NCBI RefSeq assembly: GCF_036321535.1
Contig: NC_087462.1
Span: 11,780,001 to 11,844,000 of the forward strand
DNA from: Camelus dromedarius
Lineage: Eukaryota
Reading direction: 5' to 3'
Length of the DNA stretch: 64,000 bases
In this document: one piece after another, positions 49,885 to 61,329 of the stretch
How the letters are laid out: every line of letters begins with the position of its first letter
How positions within the stretch are numbered: the stretch's first letter is position 1
Notes under the pieces: model-generated
What the model saw: the letters and a program-made list of their open reading frames with translations, nothing else
What the model was told of the DNA's origin: nothing
Databases searched by the model: none
Position numbers and translations under genes: made by a program

Positions 49885-50201
49885 CAGAGGTTGGTAAACT
49901 CCAGCCCATGAGACAAATCTGGGCTGCTGTTTGTTTTTGCGTGGTCCCTAAGCTAAGAATGTTTTCCATAATTTTAAATAGCTGCAAAAAAAAAAAAAAA
50001 AGTGCCACATGAAAATTATGTGAAACTCAAATTTCAATGTTCAAGTGAAGTTTTATTGAAACATAGCCTCATTTTATTTTTCACTGTTGCTTTTGCCCTA
50101 AATGGCAGAGTTGAGTCGTCGTGACGTCGTGATGAGATGTTATGACTGCAATCAATGCCTACATGATCTAACTCTTTATGAAAAATGTTTGCTGACCTCT
50201 G
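49885..50201 (+). mobile_element. MER58B (hAT-Charlie)
   Basis: CAGAGGTTGGTAAACT...GCTAAGAATG...GAAAATTATGTGAAACTCAAATTTCA...GTTTGCTGACCTCTG. Confidence 0.88.
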
Positions 50202-51469
50202 CTTTAAGTGAAGCCTAGAATCCGCAGCAGTAAGCAGAACACTTGAGACTGCTTTTGACCTGAGGATATTTCAAAATGAGTGAATTTGAGCTCCAGTTTT
50301 CAGAGTTTTGTTGGCAAACTGAAAAAAAAAAGGGGGTTCTAACAGGAGATTTTCACTTAATAAATCCGGCAGACCGAAGGGCATCTCTTTTAGTGTAACT
50401 TATGAATCAGAAATAAATGGCTCATCCAACCCCTGGGACCACAGTGAATGTTGCCTTGGTGCTAAGCAAGACACAGGAATCCCTGAACTGTTTAACAACA
50501 TGCCTTCCTTTGAAGGCGTTTTGAAGCACAAAATAATATTATTTGGGTAGTCCAAAAAGCTTCAAGTTGTGAATTTTTTAAAAAAAAATTATTCTTAACT
50601 ACTTGTAGGTTCCTGGCAGAAACAAGTAGATATATGTATTTAGACATACAAAAAGTAGAGTTTAGAAAGTTGGCTTGCTCTCTGTTAATTTTCTGTATTG
50701 TTTGTTTTCTATTTTATTAATTTCTATCTTTATATAAGTTTTCCTTGTTTCTATTTAGTTGGAATTGAATGTGTTCTTTTTCTAACTTCATAAGGGAGAA
50801 ATTTCAATCACTGATTTCACTCTTTTTCTTTTCTAACATAAGTACTTGAAGTTGTAAATTGCTATTACACCACACATTTCACTCTAAACACTGCTTTAGA
50901 TGCATTCTACAACTTAAAAACATTTTACCTTGAACTAATTTTAGATTTACATGGAAGTAATAAATCTTCCATATGCTTCTTTTTTGTCTTAAGCTAGTTT
51001 GATTTCTCATCCACTGCAACTGAAGAAGGCCTGACTAATATAAAGGCTATTGCTAATTAGCAGACCCTCAGGCCAAAAAAAAAAAAAAAAAGGAATTTTT
51101 CAGTGGAGAGCCATAGATTCCAGTCCTCTAATCCATGTCAAATTCAAATTAGGAAGAAGTATCTGTACCTTCACTTAGGTAAAGTCAAAACTGTAAATGA
51201 TGATTTGTTTACTTTCTGTAACAGTTTTTTGCTAGACTTTGAGATTCTTGATGGCAGAGGCAATGTCTTATCTGTCTTTGTATTCCTAGGGCATAGTACG
51301 AAGCGCTCAACAAACACTGGCTCAGTGAATAAATTTTGACAGTTGAATTTGGCAACTGAATTGCAGGTTACCATCTAACCAAACAGTTAATTAGGTCAGG
51401 GATTTATTGACCAACCCACCCTCCACAGTGAAGCCACACAATCTATTAAAGAATTAAAGTAAGTCATTT

Positions 51470-52050
51470 CACAGACTACTAAGTACAATCCAACAGCTTC
51501 CCAATGCACTCAAGATAAAATATAATCTCGTTTCCAAGGTTTAGAAAATGTACCAAGTTCTGGCCCCTTTCTCTCTAATTTATTTCTTACAACTCTCCCA
51601 CTGTTTCATTATGCTCCAGCTAACCGGCCTTGTATGTCAAGAATTTATTCTCTCTAAGCTTATATCTGACCCAGAGCTTTTTCTTTTGCTGTTCACCCTG
51701 CCTAGAATGTTCTTCCCACAACCTGTCACATAGCCGGTTCCTCATTATTCAGAGACCAAAAGCTAATCTTTTCAGAGAGCTTTTCCCAGATCCCCATGTC
51801 TCATATAGTCCATGTGAATGAGTACTTTCCTACAAAACATAAACAGTTTAGTGCATTCCACTTTATTCTTTATGATTGATAACATTACTAGTTTATGAAG
51901 TAATCTTACTTATTTATGTTCTTCTTAATGGTCTGTCTCACATCAAAATATAATCTCCATGGGAGCAGGGAACTTATCTGCCTCGTTTACTCCTGTATTT
52001 TCAGTTCCTATAAAAGTGCTTTACATAGAAAGAATTGAATAAATGTTTGA
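51470..52050 (+). mobile_element. L2 LINE 3' end
   Basis: CAACAGCTTCCCAATGCACTCAAGATAAAAT, CTGCCTAGAATGTTCTTCCC, tail TGAATAAATGTTTGATGAACAAATGAAT. Confidence 0.8.
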
Positions 52051-52740
52051 TGAACAAATGAATTTAATCCTAACAAACAAGCCAAAGGTGACTGTAAACA
52101 ATCTGATTTTAAAACAGTCAATTCACCATAAAAAGAAGTCAAACCAGTTATTTGGAATCATGAGGTGAAACTGTTGTCCCTCTGGTTTTACATGGCCAGG
52201 AATTAGGTTGAGCCACAGAAAACACAACTGTCATGTAAGAAAAATAGCAAGGTACCAGCCTAAGTTATTTTATTGCTCATTTGCTCTTTTTCAAGTAGAC
52301 TTAATACATAAAAACGAGAACCATTAAAGTTAATGCTCTCACACAGACCAGCCATATTGATTTTTCTCCACAATTGATCCCATAAATTTTGGGCATTTAC
52401 TATTTACTAGATATTCATTTAGGGCAAGGCATTGACCTCTGTATTCACTGTGATCCATTTTATTGTTCATTTCTTTAGGCTGTTTGTTACTCCATACACA
52501 CCCACGTGAATGCATTCAGTAATTTTTACTATCGAAATTGCCGTTTCTTCTGATGAAGATCTCTTCTCAGCATATTTATTTGCAAACATGATAGCCAGTG
52601 TATTAACACTGTCTGAACATTTATCCTACTTATCGTACAATGATGCATGGAGGTGGCACACATTACCACGTCTTCAGCAGTTTTATGCAAGAACCAGGAC
52701 AGGCATCGTTCACCGACGCTTTCTTCTCCCTGCTTTGCAG

Positions 52741-52794
52741 GACTTCCAGTTCTGGAGAGATAGTCTCTTTCTTACAGATTCCACATCCACACAG
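52741..52794 (+). other. Candidate 54-nt frame-preserving exon (unverified)
   Basis: Branch-like TTCAC 52709-52713, tract GCTTTCTTCTCCCTGCTTTGCAG, donor CAG|GTGACT; frames 0 and 1 open; no recognised protein. Confidence 0.2.
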
Positions 52795-54164
52795 GTGACT
52801 TGTGAACAAGTCTGGTCACTTATCACAGAAAAAAAGCACCATGTTTTCTCCATTTGTTCTGGCTCCCTTCTAGGGAATGTGGCTAGGCTTTCTGGAGTAG
52901 AAAAAATATGCAGAGGAGGTTGGCCAAGATAGGGGAGCAGAAAGACCCTGAACTCACCCCCTTCCACAAGCACACCAGACATGGGAACAAGAGAAGATAC
53001 GTAGGAAGAGATTTTATCCAGAGAAATCTAGACACTGTTTTCTTCCCTGGGTGAGGACGTGGCCTTGCTTAGCTAATCACAACTCGAGTCAGAAGAAACT
53101 AGAATGTGTCAATATTCCCTGAAATGGAAGTTCACATACAGCTCATTTAAGTTCTTCCAGAATGGTGACATAACACACCACAAATTAGGTCTTTCTCAAG
53201 TCCAGTGTCATCTTATCCTTCAAGAACTGCCATCAACACCTAAGCCTTCTACCAGGGACCCACACACCAAGTGAAAGCTAGAATGGAATGTGTTGTATCT
53301 ACATGTGCTGCTGAATTTTTTTTTTTTTTATCTTTGGGCTAGACATAAATTAGACTATCTGTGCATTTCTATAGACTTTTTTCAATCAATCAGTAGCATG
53401 TCTGTAATGTCACCTGCATGTCCAAATCTGAAAAGAAAGGTATTATCTGTTAACTCTTTGTATCAATTATCTGCTTCATTCAAATCAGTCTGTTTGCCCT
53501 TGCATATTTTCAGTAAGAGTATGGAGTTCTTGGGTCCTGGGTTACTCGAGTAAGTTTCCATTTTTCTAAATTGTTTCCAGTTTTGAACACAGTCAAAATG
53601 AGGAAAAGCTATTCCCCCACATTTCTACAGGATGTGACCTTAACCGGGACTTTGTATCTATTAAGACATTTTAAAGTTATAATTCTTGGCTCTCAGCACA
53701 GACCTTAATCTCAAATTGCATCATCTCAAGACATCCTAAAAAGCTGCCAGTTCATCAGTGACAGATCCAAAATAGCCGACTTAAAGGCAGACCAAAAAAA
53801 AAAAGTGTGTTCTCCCAAGCATATCACCTCAGCCAGGTCCCAGGAGAAGAAACACAGATTAAAACTAAATGACAAATGCAAAAGTACACAAAGATGAAAA
53901 AGAAAAATCACCTCTTCAGGACTCAGCAGAAGGACACTGAACGCTCAGATTTCTAAGCATCCAATTCATGGCCATAAATTGGCAGAATAAATTACATAGA
54001 GCTTACCCCTGTCTTAGACCCCACATATTTGCCAAAATACACTACAGTTTATAGATATATTTTACACATGCCATTTAATTTGATCTTCCCAACTAACATG
54101 TACGGCAGGCAGGATTATATCAGTGTCAAGACGTAGAAATGGAAGCATGGAGAGCTGAGCGGGG

Positions 54165-54385
54165 TGTTGAGAACCTGGTTTGAGTCCTGGCTCTGCCAGA
54201 GACCTTTTCTAGTTAATAAGTGAGGTCAAGTGAGCTAATCTCAGGGGTAGAAACCTCTTTACCTACTAAACAAGGACAAGTCCTGCACACCCGATGGCCG
54301 TGAGGAGTCAATGAGGTGAAGTGTGCAAAGCGCTCACTAAGCATAACGTCTCGCACATGGTACCGATCTGATATTGTTGACATTT
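54165..54385 (+). mobile_element. MIR SINE (GC-shifted)
   Basis: CCTGGTTTGAGTCCTGGCTCTGCCA and GTGAGGAGTCAATGAGG...GCAAAGCGCT. Confidence 0.7.
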
Positions 54386-55902
54386 TCAAGGTTACTAAGC
54401 TAATAAATCACAGAGCTAGGCCCAAGACATCAATCCTTATTGAGAAGTAAATAGTTTAGAGAGTGAAACTCAGTACACTGTTATCTGTCCATTTACCCTT
54501 CACAACTTTTTGACATTGATGTGGGTGACTTCCACTACGAGGGCAGCGCTGTGGCCGGGACCTTCCGCTCCCACTGAGCTTGACATCTTTATAAATGCGT
54601 TCTAGGAATAGCCACCTCCATGGACTCCCTGTTTACATGCTTGTCCCCCCTCTAATTGGTCTGTCATGCTGCAGACAGGTGACCATCTTTAAAGTTACAT
54701 CACATCGCGTCTCCATCCTCCAGTGACTCCCCATGCTCTTAGGACAGGGTCACACATTCTCAGTGTGCCCTGGCAGGCCCAGCACGAGCTGGTCCCTGGA
54801 TGTCCCTCCTCTCATCGCACGATGCTCATCTAGCTCCAGCCACTTGGTTGACTCGAGCTTTCCCGATATGAGCAAGGTGTCTTCCACCTCAGGGTCTTTG
54901 CAAATGCTACTCCCTCTCCTCGAGTTCATTCTCCCAGCACCCCCTGCACACCCACACTGATGTGGCTGGTTCTTCTCAATTTTTCAACTTGGGCATAAAT
55001 GCCCCCTTCTCGGCGGGACTGTCTTTGACCTCCCTGACTGAAGCACGCATCACAGGGTTATTCTCTCACACGGCTTCCTTGACACTGATCGGGATTGACC
55101 GCATTCTATTTGTGCTCATTATTTGTTGCCATGGCTCCCCCATTAGCCTGAAAATGCCTTGAAAGCGAGATCAGACCTGTTTTGCTCATCCGTGTCTCTC
55201 CAGCACCTACAACAGTACCTTTGCTGTAGATCATCAAAGCATATATATTGCATGAATCAATCAATAGCCACCTGTTGTTTACAGGGCCACACATTTTCAG
55301 GCCCCAAAGTGGTTTTCAAGCTATGCTGTTAGGAGTCCTTGGTTCAGGATCTGTGTCTTTAGGCAGGGCTGATTTCTAACCAGGGTGCAATAAATTGGCC
55401 TCAAACGTGCCCAAACTATCAGGCCCTCCCCTCCAGCCATAGAGTGGCCCTGGACAGCTGAAAGCTCTAAGCCACTAGCTTCTGCCAGGGGCTTATCCAC
55501 TTGCCTCAGAGAGCTGCACAAATGTTATCAACTCCTATCTGTGCTCGGATGTGGAAAGGCTGCCTTAAATCTGGCTTCAGCGGACCGTCGGGGAGGGTGG
55601 GTGAGCAGCCTGGTTTGGGGCTGGAATAAGCCTCTTCCCCTCCAACTGCTGCCTTGTCCCCAGCTTCAACCTGAGGATGAGAGCAGCCGGAACAGTACTG
55701 GCCTTCTAAAGTGAAGTTGCTGGTTAAATTCTATGCCTCAGATTTTTTTTTTTTTTAATACAAAGGAATCTGCTCCTTAAATGATGTTTGAAAAAAATAT
55801 ACGTATCAGTTGAAAGGGCCTCATTTTACAAATCAGGGAACTGAGGTAAGTGAGCCTCGAGGACAGTCTTGACTTTATTTTTTCTCAAAAAGACTTCTGA
55901 GG

Positions 55903-56035
55903 CAACGGTTCTCAATCTAAAAGGCTAAATCTTAAATCTAAGAGTCTGCTGAGGAACTTTAGAAAAATTCCAACATTCAGCCTACACCCAGACTAATGGA
56001 ATCAGAGTCTCTGGAAGTGGAACCCAGGCGTGAGG
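55903..56035. mobile_element. MER5-type hAT fragment
   Basis: CAACGGTTCTCAA...CCTACACCCAGACTAATGGAATCAGAGTCTCTGGAAGTGGAACCCAGG. Confidence 0.75.
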
Positions 56036-56227
56036 ATATGATTAAAATTAATAGACACTTGTTAAGATTAGTTATAATAAAAAACATACTTAATCTCTGA
56101 CCCTTCATCTCATGAGTGACTGGTTTCTGAGACAATGTGGAAAAAATGGCAATAAAACTAAAAAATAGTATTTTAACTGGCTCAAAGGCCTTTCTAAACA
56201 AAATAGTTTTACTTTTTAATCTTTAAA

Positions 56228-56304
56228 TTTTTTTTAAATGGAGGGGGAATTGAACCCAGGACATCGTGTAGGCTTTCTACCACTGAGCTATACCCACCCC
56301 TCCC
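56228..56304 (-). mobile_element. Camelid tRNA-Ala-derived SINE (vic-1 type), antisense, internally deleted
   Basis: ATGGAGG...ATTGAACCCAGGAC...TCTACCACTGAGCTATACCCACCCCTCCC; probable TSD AAATA(G/C)TTTT. Confidence 0.85.
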
Positions 56305-56962
56305 AAATACTTTTAAAAATTAGAAAAGTGGGAATTTTCTTTTGACAGGGGAAGAGCTCTATGACTGAGAACTGAGTTCTGGAGAAAGGAAGAACTCACT
56401 TCGCTGCATCATTGGAGATGCCTGCTAACCTCTGTCTTTGAGGTTAACATTCAGTTTTCTCCTGTGTGATAATGGACAGCTGGCACATTGCATCGGCTGG
56501 AGTACCTGTAATCGATCAGTTATCCGCGGTAGTTTTCAGCCTGGGGGTGTAGATGCTCAGTGAGACCATGTCAAAGGTGTGTTTGCCAGACCAAGTAGAG
56601 TGACAAAGAATCCAGCAATGTTTCCTTCCAGAACTGTCCAACTCTCCAAAAGTAGCCACCTGTAGGCTTATTGTGAGGTTCAAATGTGAAGATGTATCTA
56701 AAGTTTGTAAGCACAATGCTCAGCAAGTAACTGACAGATGCTCGCTAAATATTATATGCCATTATCATTCTTAAAATCGTACTGATTCACTTGTTACTGA
56801 ATAATAATTTAAAAGCCAAAAGGTCTGAAAAGACACTGTCAGCACATTGAGAATCTCTCTAGCCTGTTCTCAGCACCCAGCAGAGAATTTGGTGTTCCCT
56901 ATTGTTACATGTAAACTGTTATTATGTACTCAAGTATGCATTACATTTATTAAACCAGTGTT

Positions 56963-57101
56963 GGGGGAGGGTGTATCTGAAGCAGTAGAACACATGCTTA
57001 GCATGCATGAGGTCCTGGGTTCAATCCCTGGCACCTCCTCCAAAAATAGACAAGTAAACTTAATTACCTCTCCCCACCTAAATAAATAAATAAATAAATA
57101 A

Positions 57102-57154
<53 letters not shown>
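56963..57154 (+). mobile_element. Camelid tRNA-Ala(AGC)-derived SINE (vic-1 type) with (TAAA)6(TAGA)13 tail
   Basis: GGGGGAGGGTGTA...CATGCTTAGCATGCATGAGGTCCTGGGTTCAATCCC; B box GGTTCAATCCC 57018-57028, eroded A box. Confidence 0.9.
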
Positions 57155-58288
57155 GTGAAAAAGAAGAAGAAAGAAGAAAGCCACATTCGGGTATCTCCCT
57201 CTCCTGTTAACTGGCTGAGTTCCTGACTGCTGCACCCATTTTTCAGGTTCCTATGAGGTTAAGCCTTGGAAATTGTATAGACTTTTATTTCTCTTCCTGT
57301 TAGCATCGAAAATTTCTTGTTGCTCCCTCTTTGATGAGACTAAAGATTCCACCGAAGTAAAAAAGGGAGGCAGCTGGAGGTATTTCACACTTAGGAGAGA
57401 TAATCTAAGGAAGGACAACACAGGTCCATGTTACAATTATAGATCAGGAAACACCACGACGACTCTGCGGGGTTGGGTATTACGTGGAAAACACAAGGGG
57501 GTGGGGGGAAAAGTGGTTAAGTTGTTTAATAGCATTTAATTACCCTCACCGCCTGGGCACATATATAGAAAGGCATACACTAAAATGTCTAAATAGTAAG
57601 AGGATATTAAACCAATGTATCAACAAAGGAGCAACAATTAAATTATGCCCTTCTGTACAGTGGTGTATCATTAGAAAGATACAATTAGACTCAGTGTGGA
57701 AAATGTTTCCTTAACATTAGACTGTTTAACTCTAAATTATGTAATGTGTACTTGGATAACAAATGCATTATGTTGAGTTTTAAACCAGGAGTGTGAGGTG
57801 TGAGTCTTCTGGTGACCTGAATTCTACTTCCTCACTTCTAAGCAGGAATGCCTCTCTCTCACACATCTGTTTTCGCCCCCTCCCATCTTTTCTCTTTCCT
57901 TCCTTCCAAATTACCTATAGGCATATTGCAGCTTCTTTTTTTATTTAGATCTCAATCAATTAATAATTGCTGACTAGGCACAGTGCTAGGCACTGCTTCA
58001 CGGCAAGGTGAGCTGAGTAGACCTCAGATGAGCGCTCCTGAAATGGACTATTGCTACCCATTTTTTTTTGTACCCTTATTTTATTGGAAATGTTACTTTG
58101 AAAGCAGCATTTTACTGGAGATAAACAGTCACCAGGAAATTGCCACTGGAAATGACTTAGGCCATTCACAAAACTGCACGTGAGGACTGAGCTACGCAGA
58201 TAAAGATCTCAGCTAGTCCTGTAAAAGCAGGGGCATGATGGAAATACCAGGAAAGGTGAGAATATGCTATTTGCCGTGTTCTGCCATT

Positions 58289-58330
58289 GGTTTATTTATT
58301 TATTCATCTTTTTTTTAAAATGGAGGTACT
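58289..58330 (-). mobile_element. 42-bp SINE fragment flanked by a perfect 12-bp TSD
   Basis: Reverse complement AGTACCTCCATTTTAAAAAAAAGATGAATAAATAAATAAACC; TGTTCTGCCATT at 58277-58288 and 58331-58342. Confidence 0.8.
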
Positions 58331-58589
58331 TGTTCTGCCATTAGGGTTTTACTTTCTTACCTTGTTATATACATACGCCTAGGAATGAAATAAAATAGTC
58401 CAGTGGCATAGACATACCAAACTAAAGGAAAAAGACACGTAGAATCAATCCAGTCATAGGAAAAGCACTACTTTTAAAGGTGTGAGTGCAAATAAAAAGG
58501 ACATAGTGTTATCACACCAGATTAGAATAAAATACTAATTAGATCAAGACAAAATTAGAAATATTCCAATCCTTAAATTGCATTTTAAA

Positions 58590-58650
58590 AACTTTGTTTC
58601 TTATTGAAGTACAGTCAGTTACAATGTGTCAGTGTCTGGTGTACGGCACA
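58590..58650 (-). mobile_element. Short young L1 3' tip, antisense
   Basis: TATTGAAGTACAGTCAGTTACAATGTGTCAGTGTCTGGTGTAC. Confidence 0.75.
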
Positions 58651-59264
58651 GTTACTGCTACCCGTTGATGAGACCCAGGGCTTGGCTGAGAACACAATGT
58701 CCTCACTCCTAAACCCCGGCCTACCCTTGGTCTCGTCATGAGCATTCAGAGATTTTCATAGCCTTATCTATTTTCTGCTCATTATTAGTAAGAGGAAATC
58801 ACAAAAGGGAAAAATGCCTTCATCAGAAGAAACTTCTTGAATCTAGTTATAACCAGATAATGTTTTACATCTGCTTTGCAGGCATCCCAAAGGGAGGCCT
58901 TTTATTACTAGCATTGCCAGCGTTGTGCTAAGTCGGCTGCATGCCAGATGTATTGGAAAATCCCACTGACAACCATGGCTGTTGTGCTGTTTGGAAATTA
59001 CAAGCAGTGATAAGATGTCAGGAGTCCCACCTGCTCCAACGAGTCGGAAGAGGCTAAAATAGTACTTGGAGGATGATAAGTGTGAAGAAGAACATGCAGC
59101 CTCTCTCTGAAGCCCTGAGAGTGGGAGGGAAAATTCTGAACCTTTCTCTAGCCAGCTATTGCCTATTCAGTCTGGGATGGCCTATTTTAAAGGATTGGGA
59201 AAGCAAAATATGATTTAGATTTCTCTAACCTGCTAGGATCTTTAATCTTTTTGTGATGTCACTT

Positions 59265-59730
59265 TTTTTTTTTAAATTGAGGTATAATTGACATAGAACA
59301 TAATATTAGTTTCAGGTATATAATGTAATGATTTGATACCTGTATATATTGTGAAATGATCACCCCAATAATTCTAGTTGACATCTGTCACTGCACACAG
59401 TTAGAATATTTTCCTGGTGATGAGAACATTTGAGACTATTTTTAGCAACTTTCAAATATGCAGTACAGTATTATTAACTATAGTCACAGGTTGTACATTA
59501 TATTCTCATAACTTATTTATCTTATAACTGGAAATTTGTACCTATTGATGTCCTTTACCCATTTTGCCCACCCCTTACGCCCCACCCCCTGCCTCTGTGA
59601 GCTCAGTATTTTCATTTTTGTGTTATTTATTTATTTATTTTTAGAGTCCACATATAAGTGTGATCACACAGTATTTGCCTTTCTGTGTCTAACTTATGTA
59701 ATGCAGCAGAATGCCCTCAAGGTCCATGTT
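59265..59730 (-). mobile_element. L1MA9-like 3' end, antisense
   Basis: TTAAATTGAGGTATAATTGACATA...GTGATGAGAACATT...TATTATTAACTATAGTCAC...CTTATAACTGGAAATTTGTACC. Confidence 0.9.
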
Positions 59731-59754
59731 GTCTCCACGGGCAGCCTGCTAGAA

Positions 59755-59925
59755 TCTCTGCAGAACTTCTCCAACTTTAATGTGCATGTAACTCATCTGG
59801 GGATCTTGTTAAGATGTAGCTTTTGCTTCATGAAGTTACAGGCGGGGCCAACATCCTGCATTTTTCACACACTCCAGGGGATGTAGGAGGCTTTGGTCCA
59901 TGGGCCAAAGTTGGCAGGGAGCTAT
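59755..59925. mobile_element. MER5A (hAT-Charlie)
   Basis: CAACTTTAATGTGCATGTAACTCATCTGGGGATCTTGTTAAGATG...CTGCATTTTTCAC. Confidence 0.8.
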
Positions 59926-60469
59926 GTAATCTAAATAGAATTAGGATGATGCAAAGCTGATGAGAGATATTGGTGAGACAACTTTGTCCTACATCTGTCT
60001 TCCTACTTAGGAGTCTTGGAGCCCTGAATGCCCATGATGACTGGTTTCCTCCTGTGTGTTTTCACCTCTTTTTTTCTTTCAAAATGAGAATAATTTATGA
60101 GCTGAGACACATCAAAGTTCAACAAATTCTGAACCTACTTCCTAATATCTTTATCACACTCTCCTAATGTTCTGTGCCCTTTTTTGTGCCTGCATCATCC
60201 CCCCTCCACCCCCGGATTGCTCCAAGAGCATCTTAATCAGACATCTTAGATACCTTGTCTCTTATCTCCAGTATGGCTTTTCATATAGGAGACAGAGCTG
60301 TTTTTCTAAAATGCAAATCCTATGTCATGACCCATCCTAAAATCCTGTCATGGTTTCCTGTTTCCCTCAGGACAAAATTTAACAGAATCCTCAGAGTGAT
60401 TTTTCCTGTTATTCTTACATTATAGGAAGGTCCAAAGTGGAAGATAAAAGGCACTAAGTTTTCTACATC

Positions 60470-60780
60470 CTAAACTCAAATAGCTTCTAGGAGAGCTTAA
60501 TATGATATAGACAGAAAAAAGGTTTTCTTTAATAGGGAATTGGCCTGAAGCAATTGTGGAAGCTGGTGAAGCAGTCTCTGTGAGACTGTTGCCTTGGTAT
60601 TTCATGGGAAGGGAAGGCAGCTGTAAAGGAGGGGATCAAGAGCATGCTGGAAACCCCAAGCTCAGACCGGAGCCCCACTGAAGCCCTGCCACTTCTGGTC
60701 GCTGACCCTGATGATAAGAGCATCCTGTAGAAGCCAGAGTCCCTCATCACAAAAGTACACACACATTATCTTGCCCAGAA
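60470..60780 (-). mobile_element. MLT2-like ERVL LTR fragment
   Basis: TAATAGGGAATTGGCCTGAAGCAATTGTGGAAGCTGG...GCTGGAAACCCC. Confidence 0.6.
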
Positions 60781-61329
60781 GCTAAAAAGGATCCAGGAGA
60801 ATGTAGAACAATTTCAGATCTAGCTCCTGCGTCGGGAAAACAAAAGGAGTCAGTGGCTCAGCAAATATGTTCCTGAGCTAAATCATGGCCACGGCTTCCC
60901 TTGCAGCATGCACATCTCCCAGGCATCTTCCCTGGAGCAACCCTGACTAGAAACACACCAGAAAGCGAGGGCTGCAAACGCGGTCCAGTCCACTCGAGTG
61001 GACACATTGCAAAGACATCCCAGTGGGTTTCTTTTTTAAAACAGGCTCATACAACAGAATTACTTTTTTTCAGTCTTTATCTTAGAACTTGGAAATATAG
61101 TTCTTTTTCATTAGGCAAGGAGCCTCAGTAAGGCAGAAGATGCACTTGATTTTGCCTGTCACTGTATTCAGTGACCAGCAGAAGACTTTCACACTTAATA
61201 GACCCTCCTATTGACTGAAGGATAAAGGAACGAATGCATGGATGAATAAAAGGCAATAGAAGTGTAGGAATAAAAATATATTTGGCTTATGTCAGGTTTC
61301 TGAAATGTGGCCCATAGGATGTTTGAAAA

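Noticed and set aside
52510-52932. 140-aa ORF as a protein-coding gene
   Set aside because: No recognisable domain or homology, no promoter context; ORFs of this length arise by chance in 64 kb. Only the internal exon candidate is kept.
56516-56646. Minus-strand exon-like segment after CCTACAG
   Set aside because: Weak pyrimidine tract, no clear donor, no recognisable peptide.
56963-57040. tRNA-Ala(AGC) gene
   Set aside because: A box/D arm eroded, extra 5' bases and a SINE body plus simple-repeat tail follow; it is a tRNA-derived SINE.
60988-61003. 16-bp palindrome GTCCACTCGAGTGGAC
   Set aside because: About one 8-bp-arm palindrome is expected by chance in 64 kb.
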